Below, piece by piece: positions 11,921 through 25,331 of a stretch of DNA of 64,000 bases. Origin of the DNA: Haliotis rubra (lineage: Eukaryota); contig NW_025766994.1 in the NCBI RefSeq assembly GCF_003918875.1, positions 1,116,001 through 1,180,000 on the forward strand, given 5' to 3'. The translations under genes were made by a program, and so were the position numbers. Position 1 is the stretch's first letter. The number at the start of each line of letters is the position of its first letter. The notes under the pieces were generated by a model. It saw only the letters and a list, made by a program, of their open reading frames with translations, was not told the origin of the DNA and did no database searches.

Positions 11921-14900
11921 TCACAGCGTGTACTTAAACTGAAGGGGGCAGTCGGCCATCCTTTCCTGGTAGAGCCGATCCCACCACTCGTTCTGGGCGA
12001 CAGTGAACCAGTTCTTCCAGCCACCAACTCCACCTGGAAAGAAAAATATTTAGGTTGGACTTTTACTTTGCTGATTTTTACATCAAACCAAAGTTCTACT
12101 TGCGACCTTTAAGACATTGGCATGTCTCAGACTTCTAACAGACCCTTGAAAAAAACAAGTTTCCGTGCAGACATTGGCATAATACCCTGGACTCGCATGT
12201 CGACTTTTAAGCCATGGAGTTACATGTAAAGTTTTACACCATGCAGCATTTGAAGCCACTGAAGCATCAGGCTTTAACATACATCTGTGGACATTATATT
12301 GACCCCACCAAGAACTCATGGAGCTCCAGGAGATGTTGAGATAATTTGTTTTACTGGTCTCACACACGTCTTCATATGTGTGGCACTTTGCAGAAAGTAC
12401 TTCTCATGAACAGCAAACCTTATTGCCCAAGGTGTTGGCTAATTTATACATGCCTTGACAAGACCTAGCAAAATGGTCATAACTCATTCAAACCTTTTCT
12501 AAACACTTTAGCTCCACTATCGTCCGGCTTCTTGCGAGTGCTCATGGATGCAATAGTTGTGTTGTCGCAGACTTTGGACAGGAAGTCATCCGTCCTCTCT
12601 ACACCCAGGAACTCACAAATCCTCCTCATCTCTCGCATCTGATCCTGAACGGACATCAAGTTGAATATTTACATCTCAAACTTCTTGTCATTATTTATGA
12701 TCTTATAACCCAGACTGATCCTTGGAAGCGTCATTTCATCTTGATTTGTTTGTTGCCCCGAGATACCTGCTTAATGTGTAATTGAGTTGTCCCCATATAC
12801 CTGCTCAGCGTGTCCACGAGTTGCCCCCTTACTCTTGCTTAATGTATGCACACGTTGCCCCCACATACCTGCTTTATCTCTACATGTTGTCCCCATTTTC
12901 CTGCTTAATAGCATCACGTGATGCCTGGATATATCTGCTTAATATGTCCACGCCCCAAAACAAGTTCCTTATACTCAATGCTTTTATGCTGAAATACTGC
13001 TGCCTGAAGCATTCATGAAAATTATGGCAAGAAAGTGTTGTCCATCTCACCTCCTTAATGTCTTCGTAGAAGAGAGTCAGCACAGGCAGATCAGGATTGT
13101 CTTTTTTCACTTGCTCCCAGTCGAGAACGTAGTCCATCCACGAGCCATAGATAACTGTAACAAAAGAAAAGACTAATGAAAAAATGCCTAATGATAACAC
13201 GAACATTACAGGAAGTAAGCTCTTGGAACAGAACTCAGGGCTGTAACACGGTTCAAAGCGATGTTTATATTCCTCCTCAAACAGATGTAATGTACGCTCA
13301 TCCACTCACAAATTTAAAGACTATCACAGAGATCATCAAATAAATCACCATTCCAAGAGACCATCAACGAAATCGTATATTTCACATCACTATTCAAACT
13401 ATACTTGCCACGCTCCACTCACTTAATGCAGGATTACAGGACAAATTATCTCGAGCGGAAAGATTGTAAGAATAATGCTCTTGGGCTAAGACCTGATTCT
13501 ACAGCTTTCACGCAATTCAATGCGTTAACACATGTATAATAGAATATACTCATATCTTTCTACGTGTGGAAATATTATGTGTATTCAACCACTCGGAAAA
13601 CAAAGAATTACAAGAAAGATTTTACAAGAAGGATTATAAGATACATGAGCACATAGGACTATTTAAAGGTAAAGGATTACAAGAAGATAACTATTTATAG
13701 ATGATCACAGACAGAACGGTACTTACACTTTCCCTGAAAGAAGGGTCGCAGATAGTTCTTCCACTCCCCTTTGTAGTTGATAAATGGAATCGTTCTCAAG
13801 AAGTTATAGAGAGAAACAGCTACATCTTTTGGATTTCTTAGAACATAGATGATTTTTATTTTCTTATTACGAACGTCATCTGGCAGATGTTTCATCAGCA
13901 AATGGGTGTTGAGGAACCTGGGAGACGGGAGGTCGGCATACTTCTCCTCTGGCACCATTTCCACGAAGGCTTGTCCCTTTGTGACGTCATCGTCAATTAT
14001 CTTCCCTGCGAGGAGCTCTCTTGCTATTTCAAAGACCCAGTGGGTTCCTAGAGAGAGAGTCAAACTTTTATGCTATGGGTCGGTTTTGAACCTACGGATA
14101 TGCATCAGTTATCAAGGAAAATACAAAGATGGGCTTAAGTGGGATGTAATATTTAGTCACTGGATGGGCTTTAAGTGAGGGCACTTAAGTAGTATAAATT
14201 CTTGTACAAAAAGAAACAGCTAGAATTTCTGCTACCAAAGTGCAATCCCAACGATAACATTGAAAAGGCACTGTGGAGTCTCTGGAGTATATGTTTCAGT
14301 AAAGATGATGATCAAATACAGGCACCATTGTAGTTGAAATGTCAAAAAAGGTTACTTATTGGTAAAGATATGAGTCATACTTGATACCAAATGAAATAAA
14401 TCTAATTATACCTGATTTAGGATAGGTTGAAATTAGGATGTCATCGTCGCGTATTTTCACAGAACGTACACGGTCGATGCCGATTCCCTCGGGGAAGTTG
14501 GGAAGAGGGAAGCCATTGTCGTTTACGAGCGTGGCGGTGTCACCGCCGTCGTCCACTACTTCCACTATCTGTTTCTGAAGGGAGAGAGAACCAAGTCATG
14601 TGTGAGGTATTCAGCTCAAAAACATAGGACCCGTGAAGTTCCGGGTAAGAATTGGTCTTCAGCAACCATGCTTGCCGTAAGAGGCGGCTAGCGGGATCGG
14701 GTGGTTATCGTATCCCAACTGCGTAGATCGATGATCATGCTGTTGATCACTGGATTGTCTGGTCCAGTCTCGAGTATTTTCATATGGCTGGAATATTGTC
14801 ACGTTAAATAATAAAAGAACAACAGAAAGACAGGTATTATTCCTTCTGTTTCATAGTTCCTCAAATATAATAGTCGCATTTATCTCACATTGATGTATTG

Positions 14901-16130
14901 GAAATATTTCACCAAAACCTGCTTAACATCTGATATTACTCCTAAAAGTTTGATCGATCACTGCTCAGGTATAAAGTTGGGACAGAGGGAAAGTAAGGTC
15001 GATCCGATCTGACATCAACAGTAACGATACCTGATTATCTTGATGCATAGATTACAAGCATTAAATATCTTCACACTTTTGTGAAAAAGGATATATATCG
15101 CTTTTTGAAACAGCTTAGTTATATTGAATTAACAAAACATGTTTCAAGGTGCAAACTGTAAAATAGTATTATTTCACTGTTCTCCGTATTACAGGTAGGT
15201 GACTTTCACCTCAGTAGGTTGCTTGTGTATCCTCTTTCTGCTCTGTGACAGGTGAACGCCCAAGTTACATTCACCCTCAAGGGGGTTGAAGTATTGTAAA
15301 ATTAGTGTCCTCCTGAGAGGATACGGAAGTCCCAAAATTTTCAAAGTCAATTTAAACTTAACAGAATGTTTAAACGTAGTATTCGTGTTATTTTAATTTG
15401 GCTAAGATTTCTTACAATCGCCAGCAGCTGAAGGGATGGTGTAAATCCAACTAGAGTCCAGGCAGGTAGCAAAGGTACTGTAAGTCCCCATGGTCCCTAG
15501 TATGGTGATCTACCTTCTGTTGTTGTTTTTTATATTGTATTGTCCAAAAAGTGTTATTAGTTTTAACTTTCCACACTAGTTTTAATTTGAATTTTGATAT
15601 TCTAGTTGATTTATTGTCCTTCGTCGACAGGTGTTTATAATATATCTACTAGTATATTCCATTTCAATGTCACATATGTTCTCATCACGATATGGTTGCA
15701 ATATTGCCGATATGACGTTAAATAATAACTCACTCACTCATTCACCCAAGTTACATTCAGGTTTATTATTGAACGTTACAGTCAGCAGTATATCTGCTTT
15801 GTCATCGTAGTCTGCCAAAAAAGCTACCAGGCAAGCTGTAACAAGGTCGCCGTGATTGCTATTACGTGACAACGCTCACATATCAGTTTGTTTTGCCGGT
15901 TTTCTATTCAACGCTAATGCGTACTATTTCTTCGTTTTGTGTAAATCATAAACATTCATATAGGTTAAAACAAATAACCTTATTTCACTGTGCCACAGGG
16001 GCCTAACCGTAATCGATTCTCTTATCAACATGAAAACTATTAACATGTGTATCAGGTCACAGTGACACACACAACGATATGAGTCATGTTTACGGTCGTA
16101 TATCAATGCTGAAGAACTGACCTGAGACAT
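11921..16130 (-). CDS. Cytosolic sulfotransferase (SULT1-like) copy B, intact, 286 aa
   Basis: Exons 16130-16122, 14574-14412, 14047-13727, 13154-13051, 12644-12494, 12033-11921 (861 nt, GT-AG, open frame). 5'-PSB TYPKSGTHW, catalytic His in FLNTH, 3'-[29 protein letters not shown], dimerisation motif [10 protein letters not shown]. Confidence 0.92.
14629..14825 (+). mobile_element. SINE-like family 2 (internally deleted)
   Basis: ACCCGTGAAGTTCCGGGTAAGAATTGGTCTTCAG...GCCGTAAGAGGCGG; absent at the homologous site of copy F. Confidence 0.8.
15274..15744 (+). mobile_element. 5'-truncated I/Nimb-type LINE (3'UTR)
   Basis: 15-bp TSD CCCAAGTTACATTCA (15259-15273, 15745-15759); matches 47135-47620 reverse. 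Confidence 0.85.
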
Positions 16131-16224
16131 TGTGTCCGCATACAAGTCTACAGTATATCCAGTGAGAGGGCAGTTGGATCCAGACACAAGATCGGATAGC
16201 TACCAGGGGAGCTGTCAGCAGTGC

Positions 16225-16257
16225 AGTGAGGGTGGGGGTCGCCCAGTATCCGTTATA
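16225..16257 (-). promoter_or_regulatory. Candidate core promoter of SULT copy B (TATA-like box and initiator)
   Basis: TATAA at 16257-16253, 30 nt upstream of a TCACT initiator-like motif about 100 nt before the ATG; CATAAA at similar spacing in copies D (29755-29760) and F (42930-42935). Confidence 0.4.
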
Positions 16258-16506
16258 TGCATGCATGTGTTGCCTAGTTGTCCTACTCGAGTTATCTGTG
16301 AGTGACATACATATTGTACAATGGGATTCCTGCTGCGATTGAGAAGTTATGGTAGGAGACTGAGAACATTTTCTGACAGATATTTGATCAGGAAGGAGAC
16401 TGTCTGCTCTGTATCTAAAATGCTCTCTACAAAAATGTCCCAACATGTTTTTGAAAGTCTGATTACGATAGGATAACAATATCTACAATTTTATATTTTT
16501 ACTATA

Positions 16507-17918
16507 CTAGCCACATAAAGAAACTGTGCATTGTCAAAATATTATCCCAGTTGATAAGTACGATAACAATGTCAAAGGTACATATAAACTTTAATGGAGG
16601 GATCATGAGACCATAACAAGTCGGGAGAATTTCAATTGAAAAGTCAATCACAATGACGTCACGAGTCCACAAGCGGGACAGGGGTCAAACGACCATGTCA
16701 CAAGCTCAATAACGGGTATGTCCACCATCGGCATTGAGAACAGCAGTGCATCGACGACGCATAGAGCCTATCAAACGTGCAAGGAAGGCTTGTGGGATGT
16801 CACGCCAGATTCTCTCAAGTTCTGTTGCAAGGTCAAGGACGTTATCTGGCGGATGAGGAAGACGCGTAGACGTCGATCCATCTCGTCCCAAACATGCTCT
16901 ATCGGGGAGAGATCCGGTGAATTTGCAGGCCAAGGCAGTAAGTCAACGTTGTGGTGTTGCAAGAAATCCATAGCAACCCTTGCCGTATGAGGGCGGGCAT
17001 TGTCCTGTTGGAAAGGAGTTCTTTGGCGTGCTGTTATTCCACCCCAAATCATCACGGAAACACCACCACCACCAAAGCGATTCCTCTCCAAGACACAGGC
17101 CTGTGCATAACGTTCTCCCACGCGTCTATAGGCACGTTGACGTCCATCACTATGGGAAATGTCAAACCTGGACTCATCTGTAAAAACAACATTTCTCCAC
17201 CAAAACAAGGGTCTGCGGACATGATTTCGGCACCACATTCAGCGAGCTTGTCGATGACGTTGTGTCAGGATAGACCGTATGGCGGGACGTCGTGGTATGA
17301 TCCCGTGATGACGTAAACGTTGTCGAACTGTGTTGGGGTGGATACGGCGAAGTCCTGGGATGGTTCGGGCAGTCATCACTGCAGTCTGAAACCTGTGGCG
17401 AAGATGGGTCAGCCTTATCCATATGTCCTGTCTTGGCGTTGTTGCACGTGGACGTCCAGAACGTGGCCGATCGATGACGTCATGTGTGTTCTGGTAGCGT
17501 TCTCACCAGTGCAGAAATGGTGTTCCGGTGGCAGTGGAAATGTGCAGCCACTTGTCGTTGAGACATTCCCCCACGGACCATCCCAATGGCCTCATGACTT
17601 TGTGCAGACGTGAGCCTTGGCATGCTATGCGTTTCAATAGCCGTTTAATTTTTTGAACGATCGCAAGGGCAGGGGTTGAGCTTTCCAAAGTGACAGTATT
17701 GTGTGGCATTCATTTGCTCTGTTTCTCTTTCCCGGAATGCACGTGCAACATCGTATTGCACGTCTCAAGGACGAACCCACTGACGTCACGGAACGTGGCA
17801 CGTGCATGCATGTTGGATACATGTCACTAATCTCTGAGTTTAAATCTTTATGTGTCTACACAGGTTTGATAAATTTAGATTTTAAATTTTTGTATGCACA
17901 GTTTCTTTATGTGCCTAG
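16507..17918 (-). mobile_element. Tc1-type DNA transposon, decayed, between the divergent promoters of SULT B and C
   Basis: TIRs CTAG(C/G)CACATAAAGAAACTGTGCAT with TA TSDs; transposase from ATG at 17623 (MPRLTSAQ..AIGMV) with [33 protein letters not shown]; internal deletion and frameshifts. Confidence 0.92.
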
Positions 17919-20900
17919 TATTCTTCCACAACTGCGACGGTTAGGTCTATGACAGTACATATTTAGATATCAAACTGTCTGCATCGTTTGCTCTCCGTCG
18001 GCTTCGATGACAGCACGTGGTGCCGTACAACCTATGTAAACAAAGGATCGCTATGCAAATCGAAATAGTGTTACATGTTTTTGGATATTTTCTCAGTGAA
18101 ACTAATTCATTCTATTAAAGATGTTTAGTTAGATGTGTAGACTCGTCAAAAATAAAAGAGTAAAAGAAATCTGTACATTATATTGAATGGACGGTGCAAG
18201 ATGTGACGAATCGTCACATTTTTCTGTCCTGTGGCAGAGGTACTATGCTGGCTTGCCGCATGGAACTCTGGGTAGGAGAGTGCATACGCTCGTCACAGAT
18301 ACCGGGCGACTACCACCCTCACTGCACCGCTGCAAGCTCGCCTGGTAGCTATCGGATCTTGTGTCTGGGTCAGCGATCACTGGATATGAGCTGTATGCTG
18401 ACACTTTGAACCATGTCTCAGGTAAGCTCTGCAGCATTTATGTATGACTGTATACATGACACAGGATATCATTGTCTGTGTGACCTGACGCAATACTGGT
18501 CAGAGCTTTTACGTATTACTGTGAGACTCGAAAAACATTTGTTTAACCTAAATGGATATTTCTGTGAATAGAACTACCAGGCAAGCTGTCTGTCGTGAAC
18601 GAGGCCATGTATCAGGCCATATGTTGTTGGCTATTTGTCGCTACACCTTAGTCTTGAGTGGTTTTTCTCTGTTGTTGTTGTTGTTGTGATTCAAAACAAT
18701 TATCCCTATTTTATAACTTGACCCCTGATCGTGATTTTTGGGAGTAACAGTAGCTATTAAGCAGGTGGCGATATAATTATGCTACAACATGGCTGAAAAA
18801 TCAACCATTAATTCAAAACGTGCTCAAGTAGTAATAGATTTTATGGGCAGTCATCAACGTATATACTAAAAGGCCAGGGGCAGATACAGCTTTTTGAGAA
18901 GGGGGGAGGGGGGAGGTGCACACATCGTTTCAATGGTCATATAATAAATTTTCAGGACAAAACGGGGGTTGGGGAGTGCGCCCCTACACATACACATGAC
19001 GTCACACTAATGACGTCACTGCCATGGTAACCGACGTCACGATGCATGTCAGTTGTCATCGCCTCGTACAGCCTCCTACAGTAAACTACTCCGTTGCACC
19101 TCGTTTCTTGATTTCCAGTTGCTAACATCACTGGTGGAAACAATGCGTTTATGTTTTTCGACAGATATAATGTCTCAGTTCGACTCACAATTAAACAGCG
19201 ACACGGCAACGTTCGCAATGTTTACATTCCCACAATGCATTTAAGTTGTAGAATGAATGAATTCACGTGTTTGTTATGAATGAAAAAATAGTTACGTGAG
19301 AATGTGACCTAATTGAGAGGCCATCGGGTATCCAATCAAATCGTTACAATCTCACGTCAAGTCGTTACGACACAGGTCAACGCGATACGACACTCGTGTG
19401 ACGTACGAGATTAATATGCAACTACCCATACGTTGACCACGTGGGTAATAAACCCACGCACGCAGGCACGCACCTTGATCCGCCTATGTAGGCTACAGTC
19501 GAGTCAACGAGTCAACTTAAATTGTGCTGGTGAGGGGCTGGCCTACTTAGTATTAGAACGGAACACATGTGGTTTGGTTACAGTGGGCGTTGACTGCATT
19601 GTCAGTTTCAATTTTCGTTGCCTTTTAACGGCAATTTTTGGCTTTATTTTGTTCGTGATTCTTATTTGACGTTTGCAATCAGCAACATTCCGTCTATATA
19701 TCTGTGACCAGTGATTAATAGTAACTATCAACGCCATCGCAGTATGGTGACCAGCAATCAATCGTTCCTTCTGAGCCAACACGCAAGCCAAACGTATTTT
19801 GAAGAACAATATTTTCAAAGAAAAGAAGAAAAGCAACATTTATGGATGTCAACATCCATACAATATTAGTATAATGCATACAGATTCAACCAGAAGAGGG
19901 ATCACACCATAAAAGTACAATCAATGGAATCTTCTGATTTCATTTTGGCTGCTCATAGCAAATCACACTTCATATTTAAGAGCAAACTGGGCTGATCTAC
20001 AGTACTAATTTTAAAAGATTTGTTTAATAGTATTACTTATATTCCCTCAACCAAAAGTGTTTGAAGTGGAACAAGTTTAAAATCTATATTTTAATGGAAT
20101 TTATTATTTTCCTTTCGGTTCTTATACTTCATACTTATGGGCAAAATCTAAAAGCAGTGGGGCAATATTGAATGTTTTAATTTCCTTGACTATGTTTATC
20201 ACACAAATTCCCTAATCCAAAGCTGGCATAAATTGTTTTCGTTTGTTTGTTGTTTGTTGCTACACAATATTCTAGCTACATGATATCTGTAAATAACTGA
20301 GTTTGTACCAGACAATCCAGTTATTGAGATCGTAAGCATCCACACATGCAACCATTGAGAATTGATGCTAGACAGTGACTAAGTCATTGAGCCTGACAAC
20401 CATATCGACATCAGGTAGCATTGGTTGCTGGGGGAAATTACACACACAAAAGTAAATATGAAGGCATCATTTACCTTGACAGTATCATCTCAGTAACAAT
20501 ATGTCATCAAAGAAACTTCAGCAGCTTGGCCTTCTAACACAAGGAGCAGATGACCATTTCGAGCAAATTGTAAAGGGGGGACAACTCTAACCACTAGTTT
20601 GTCCAGCAACTATAATGTCATTGATGACAGAGCATGGAATAACAAGTTCAAGCTGATAATTTCGATAACTTCTACACCATAATTTTTCTTCAAAGGTATA
20701 ACTATAGCCTTCTGAGATGGGGCACAAACTCTTTTTTCATTCTGAAGTAATTATGCCTTGTATGTCTGGTGTCTGTTACAAACAGCTTCCATGTACACCA
20801 TAATGATGAAAGCTATAAATGATCATTACTGGCAAATCTTATATGATAAGAGCAGTAATATTAACACAACAGTACTTGGAGGCTAAACATGTTATATTAT

Positions 20901-21939
20901 CTGTGATGGTGTGTTACTGAATACACCCTTCCATTATAAATAATAGATCATCACTCTTTTTACAGTGTCATGCATGTGTACATGAACCTGTATATTTTTC
21001 GAGTATTTCAGAAGAAATATTCTCTGAAAAGTATGACCAAGCAACATACCAATCTCTTATAAACTCTCACAAATAGCATAACACAAATAACTTAGAAGTT
21101 TTAAATCCCCCAAACAAACTTGAATTGTGATAAATACATACCCATCAAGAATGGATGTAACATCATTAAAAAAATAATTATGACATAATTTAATTTTCTT
21201 TTTTCCCCGTTCTTCTTTACTGTATTATTATATAAAACATTGTGCAAAATGGCCAGGCTTGCCCATATTTAGATACAACTTACTATATTTTTACACATAT
21301 TAGCGTAATTATTAAGCTATAAAATCAAAATCCAATACCATTCACATCATATATTTTCTGGTTCTATTTGTGGGCATACACATAATTAGCTATATTTTAA
21401 AATATCATTAGATATTGCAAGAAAGTCATGAGCAGCAACCATTTCTCGGGGGATGAATGAATCATAAAGAATAAAAAATGAATGAAAAACACCTGACACC
21501 TAAATTCAGCATCCACAACCAGGAACAATAATTGGTCGCTCACATATGGTAAACTGGTAGAGTAATTACAGTAAAGCGCATGAAAATGAATTCTATTCTG
21601 TTACATTTTTTGCGCTGCTATATTCAGCTATTATGGCGGACATCGATTATTGAGCGCTGCCACTGGCATTTTTTGCAATTAGTAGTCAAATAAAGGACAC
21701 GAGTTGTGCAGCTGATTTTGCTCTTAATAACTGTTTGTCGATTAAATACATAGTTGAAAGTAACACGTATCCCAGTTCTGGCGTAACAGACGCAAAGCTT
21801 TATGGTCAGAGCTTTCACGTATTACTGTGAGACTCGAAAAAACTCAGATCCCTGTGAATGAAGGGTTATTTGTTTAACCTAAATGGATATTTCTGTGAAT
21901 AGAACTACCAGGCCAGCTGTCTGTCGTGAACCATGTATC

Positions 21940-22640
21940 AGGCTTGGGGCTGGTCCTCTGTGGTGTTGAGGGTCTTGTTGGTGGTCTTGGTGACACGGTC
22001 TGCACGAACTACAACATCTAAAGGACACCTTCACATCCCTCAACGGATACCCTGCAGACCTTGTCACCAAGACCATCAACAAGTCCCTCAACACCACGGA
22101 GACCAGCCCCAAGCCTGCACCATTCCCCATTAGAATCACAATTCCCTACATAGGACCTGTCAGCCACAAGATCTCCCGCCTCATCAGAAACCAAACCAGT
22201 ACTGACGTCACATTCTCTAGCGGCAAGACCCTCAAGAATCTTCTCAGAGCCAACGGCAGAGGATCCAGCACTGCAAGCCCCAACCCATGAGGATGCATCT
22301 ACCAGATTTCATGTCGTTGACAACTGTACATCGGGGAAACACTGCGACCTGTCAACACAAGACTCAAAGAAAACCAAGCTTCCGCCAACAAGCTCGACCA
22401 GAAGTCTGCCATATCAGAACATATTCTAAAGAACAAGGACCACACCATCAAATGGGAAGCCACCAAGATCTTGTCCACTAACAACAACAACTGGCGCCAA
22501 AGGAAGCTTCAGGGGGCCATAGACATACGGAGATGTCAGCCAGCAATCAACCGTGACCAAGGAATCTACCTACCATGTGCTTGGGACTCATTTAATTACT
22601 TGTTCATCTCCACTGCTTATCACCACCACTCAGCCCACTC
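21940..22640 (+). mobile_element. Penelope-like retroelement 3' fragment (GIY-YIG endonuclease) with inverted 5' segment
   Basis: Translation NGYPADLV...TIPYIGPVS...GCIYQISC..LYIGETLR..NTRLKE..KSAISEHIL..HTIKW..INRDQG with in-frame stops; inverted arms 21940-22004 and 22053-22116. Confidence 0.88.
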
Positions 22641-22654
22641 ATGTCTCTTGCATG

Positions 22655-22800
22655 TTTACGCCGCTTTTAGCAATATTCCAGCATTATCACAGCGGGGGAC
22701 GTCAGAAATGGGCTTCGCGCAGTGTACCCATTGGGAAATCGAACCCACGTCTTCGGCGTGACGAGCGAACGCTTTAACCACTAGGCTACCCCACCGCCCC
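22655..22800 (-). mobile_element. tRNA-derived SINE family 1
   Basis: Family consensus in reverse. Confidence 0.82.
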
Positions 22801-23786
22801 TGGTATGGTGAAGATGCTGGTGCCTGTTGAACGTTATATATCCCTGATAAATGATGCAGATCTGTGGGTTCAAAAATTGCCCTTATCATGCATGTCTCTT
22901 ACGATCCAGTTGATACACGTTTGTCACGTGACTTCCTTCTCTCCAGGAACCCACTGGGTGTGGGAAATTACTAGAGAGCTCCTCACAGGGGAGATAACCA
23001 ACGATGACGTCACGATGAGCCAGACCTTCATGGAAATGGGGTCAGAGGAGAGATATGCCGACCTCCAGTCTCCCAGGATCCTCAACTCCCATTTCCGGAT
23101 GAAACATCTGCCAGCTGACGTTCTAAATAAGAGAATAAAAGTCATCACTGTTCTAAGAAATCCAAAAGACGTAGCGGTCTCCTTTTATAACTTCTTGAAA
23201 GGGGATCAAGTGGTCAAATACAAAGGAGAGTGGAAGAACTTTTTGAGACCCCTATTCCAAGGAAAGTGTGAGTACCGTTCTACCTGTGATCATCTACAAA
23301 GGCTAAAAAATTCCTACAATCTTTCTTCCTCTCATAGTTCTTATATTCTTCCTTTCTGTCAAAAATCTTTCTTGTAATTTTCGCTTTGTAAGTAGTAAGT
23401 GCTGACGTGAATAGTGATATGATTCAATTCAGTTCAAGGCCACTTTGAATGGTGTTTCATACATATACGTTTGCTCTGTCCTTATTTCTGTGATCGTCGT
23501 TATCCATAACTGCCGTCCGAATGGGAAATAAGCTTTTGCAGATTTGAACGGTGATTGGGAAGTGACTTTGGTTCTATTAATGAGTATTATTTCTGTATCC
23601 TCATTACAACAAATACTTATTTTTAATAATTCCTTCTTTAAGCTTTCTCTCTTCTCTTCTCTTGTTTTGTTATAGTTATGTATGAATCATGGATGGACTA
23701 TGTTCTTGACTGGGAACTGGTGAAGAAGACCAATCCTGATCAGCCAGTGTTGACTCTGTTCTACGAAGACATTAAGCAGGTGAGAT

Positions 23787-24068
23787 GAGGTGAAATTGGG
23801 TTTAACGTCGTGCTTGAGAATATTTCGCTCATATGACGACGTGTATGTGTATGAGCGGCTGCTTGTACTAGCCCAGACTGAAGCTGGTTTTATAGTGCTA
23901 GCACCACTGAGATGCCATGCCGCAGTGTAGCATGAATATCCCACTCAGACACATTATACTGACTCCGAGCCGACCAGTCCTTGTTGTACCCATTAATGCC
24001 GAGCGCCAGGAAAAGACCAACAAGTACCATATTTTAACGTCTTTTGGTATGACGCGGTCGGGGATCGA
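23787..24068 (-). mobile_element. SINE family 3 (resembles V-domain SINEs, from memory)
   Basis: Reverse reads TCGATCCCCGACCGCGTCATACCAAAAGACGTTAAAATATGGTAC...CTGGCGCTCGGCATTAA; same head at 56950-57050; absent in copy A intron 4. Confidence 0.7.
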
Positions 24069-25331
24069 CAATTATTCTTTAATGCCGAAGTTTGCAATAT
24101 TACGCCTACAAACGGCAGCATTTATGTAATCACGTTTTGGAAGAACATGTATGAAGAAGGCAATTTAAGTAGATGACGCTCTGATCACCCATTGTGACTG
24201 TAAGCCACAGCTTGTGGCAATCTGGGATTGTTGACAACTGGGTGTCGCTGGGGATCGACCCTGCACCTGAACGGCGCAGCACGTGAATACGTTAGGAAGA
24301 TAATTTGGGACAACACGTAGACAGGTTAGAATTGCCCCTACACGTGAAATGAATGTGTGATATGTGTACATATGACAAGTAAATCTAAATACATGACAAC
24401 TCTTGCCTGGAATAGTTAATGGACTCTATATTGTGTATTTATGAGCGGATTGTGAAAGTTAATCCAAGACTGTATTTTGGGCCCCCTTGATATTGGAACA
24501 CAGGTCTGTCTGTCTGTCAGGCACGTAACTTGGGGCAGCATATATACACACTATTCAGGTATATTGGGGCAACACGTAGAGACTTTAGGCACGTATCTTG
24601 GAGCAACACGTAAAGATGTTCGGCAGGCATCTTGGGGCAGCACGTTTTTGCCTTAGTCAGGTATCTTTCGGCATCACGTAGAGAAGATAGGCACGTATCT
24701 TTGGGCATCACGTAGAGACGTTAGGCACGTATCTCTGGGCAACACGTTGAGACGTTAGGTACGTATCTTTGGGCAACACGTAGAGAAGTTAGGCACGTAT
24801 GTTGGTGCATCACGTAGAGACGTTAGGTACGTATGTCGGGGTAACATTTGGAAACATGAAGCACTTATGAGTTATACACTTAATGAGCAAGTCAAGATGT
24901 GGGTGAGGCAAGTTTCTCTCGTAATGTCATGTGCAGGTTTGGTGAGGCAACACGTGGAAACATTAACGTGTGTCCAGGCAACACTCACATGTATAGCTGT
25001 TGTATAGTAAACAAGTTAGAAATAAGTTTACTGCACTTCAGGATCCGATGCGAGAGATGAGAAGGATATGTGAGTTCCTGGGTGTAGAGAGAACGGATGA
25101 CTTCCTGTCCAGAGTCTGCGACAACACAACAATGGCAGCCATGAAGACTCACAAATACACGGGAAATGATGCAAGGTCAATCTTATTTAGAAAAGGTATG
25201 GATGAGATGAACCCATACCCCGTTTTCGTAAGTCATGTCATGCATTTCGTAGACAACACCCTGGAGAATTAGGTTTTGCTGCTCATGTTAAATCACTGTC
25301 GACATACTTGAAACAAAAGAGAGTTGTTTTT

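Noticed and set aside
11921-16130. Assigning a specific gene symbol (SULT1A1, 1B1, 1C etc.)
   Set aside because: Family motifs are clear, but orthology to vertebrate subfamilies cannot be established without a phylogeny
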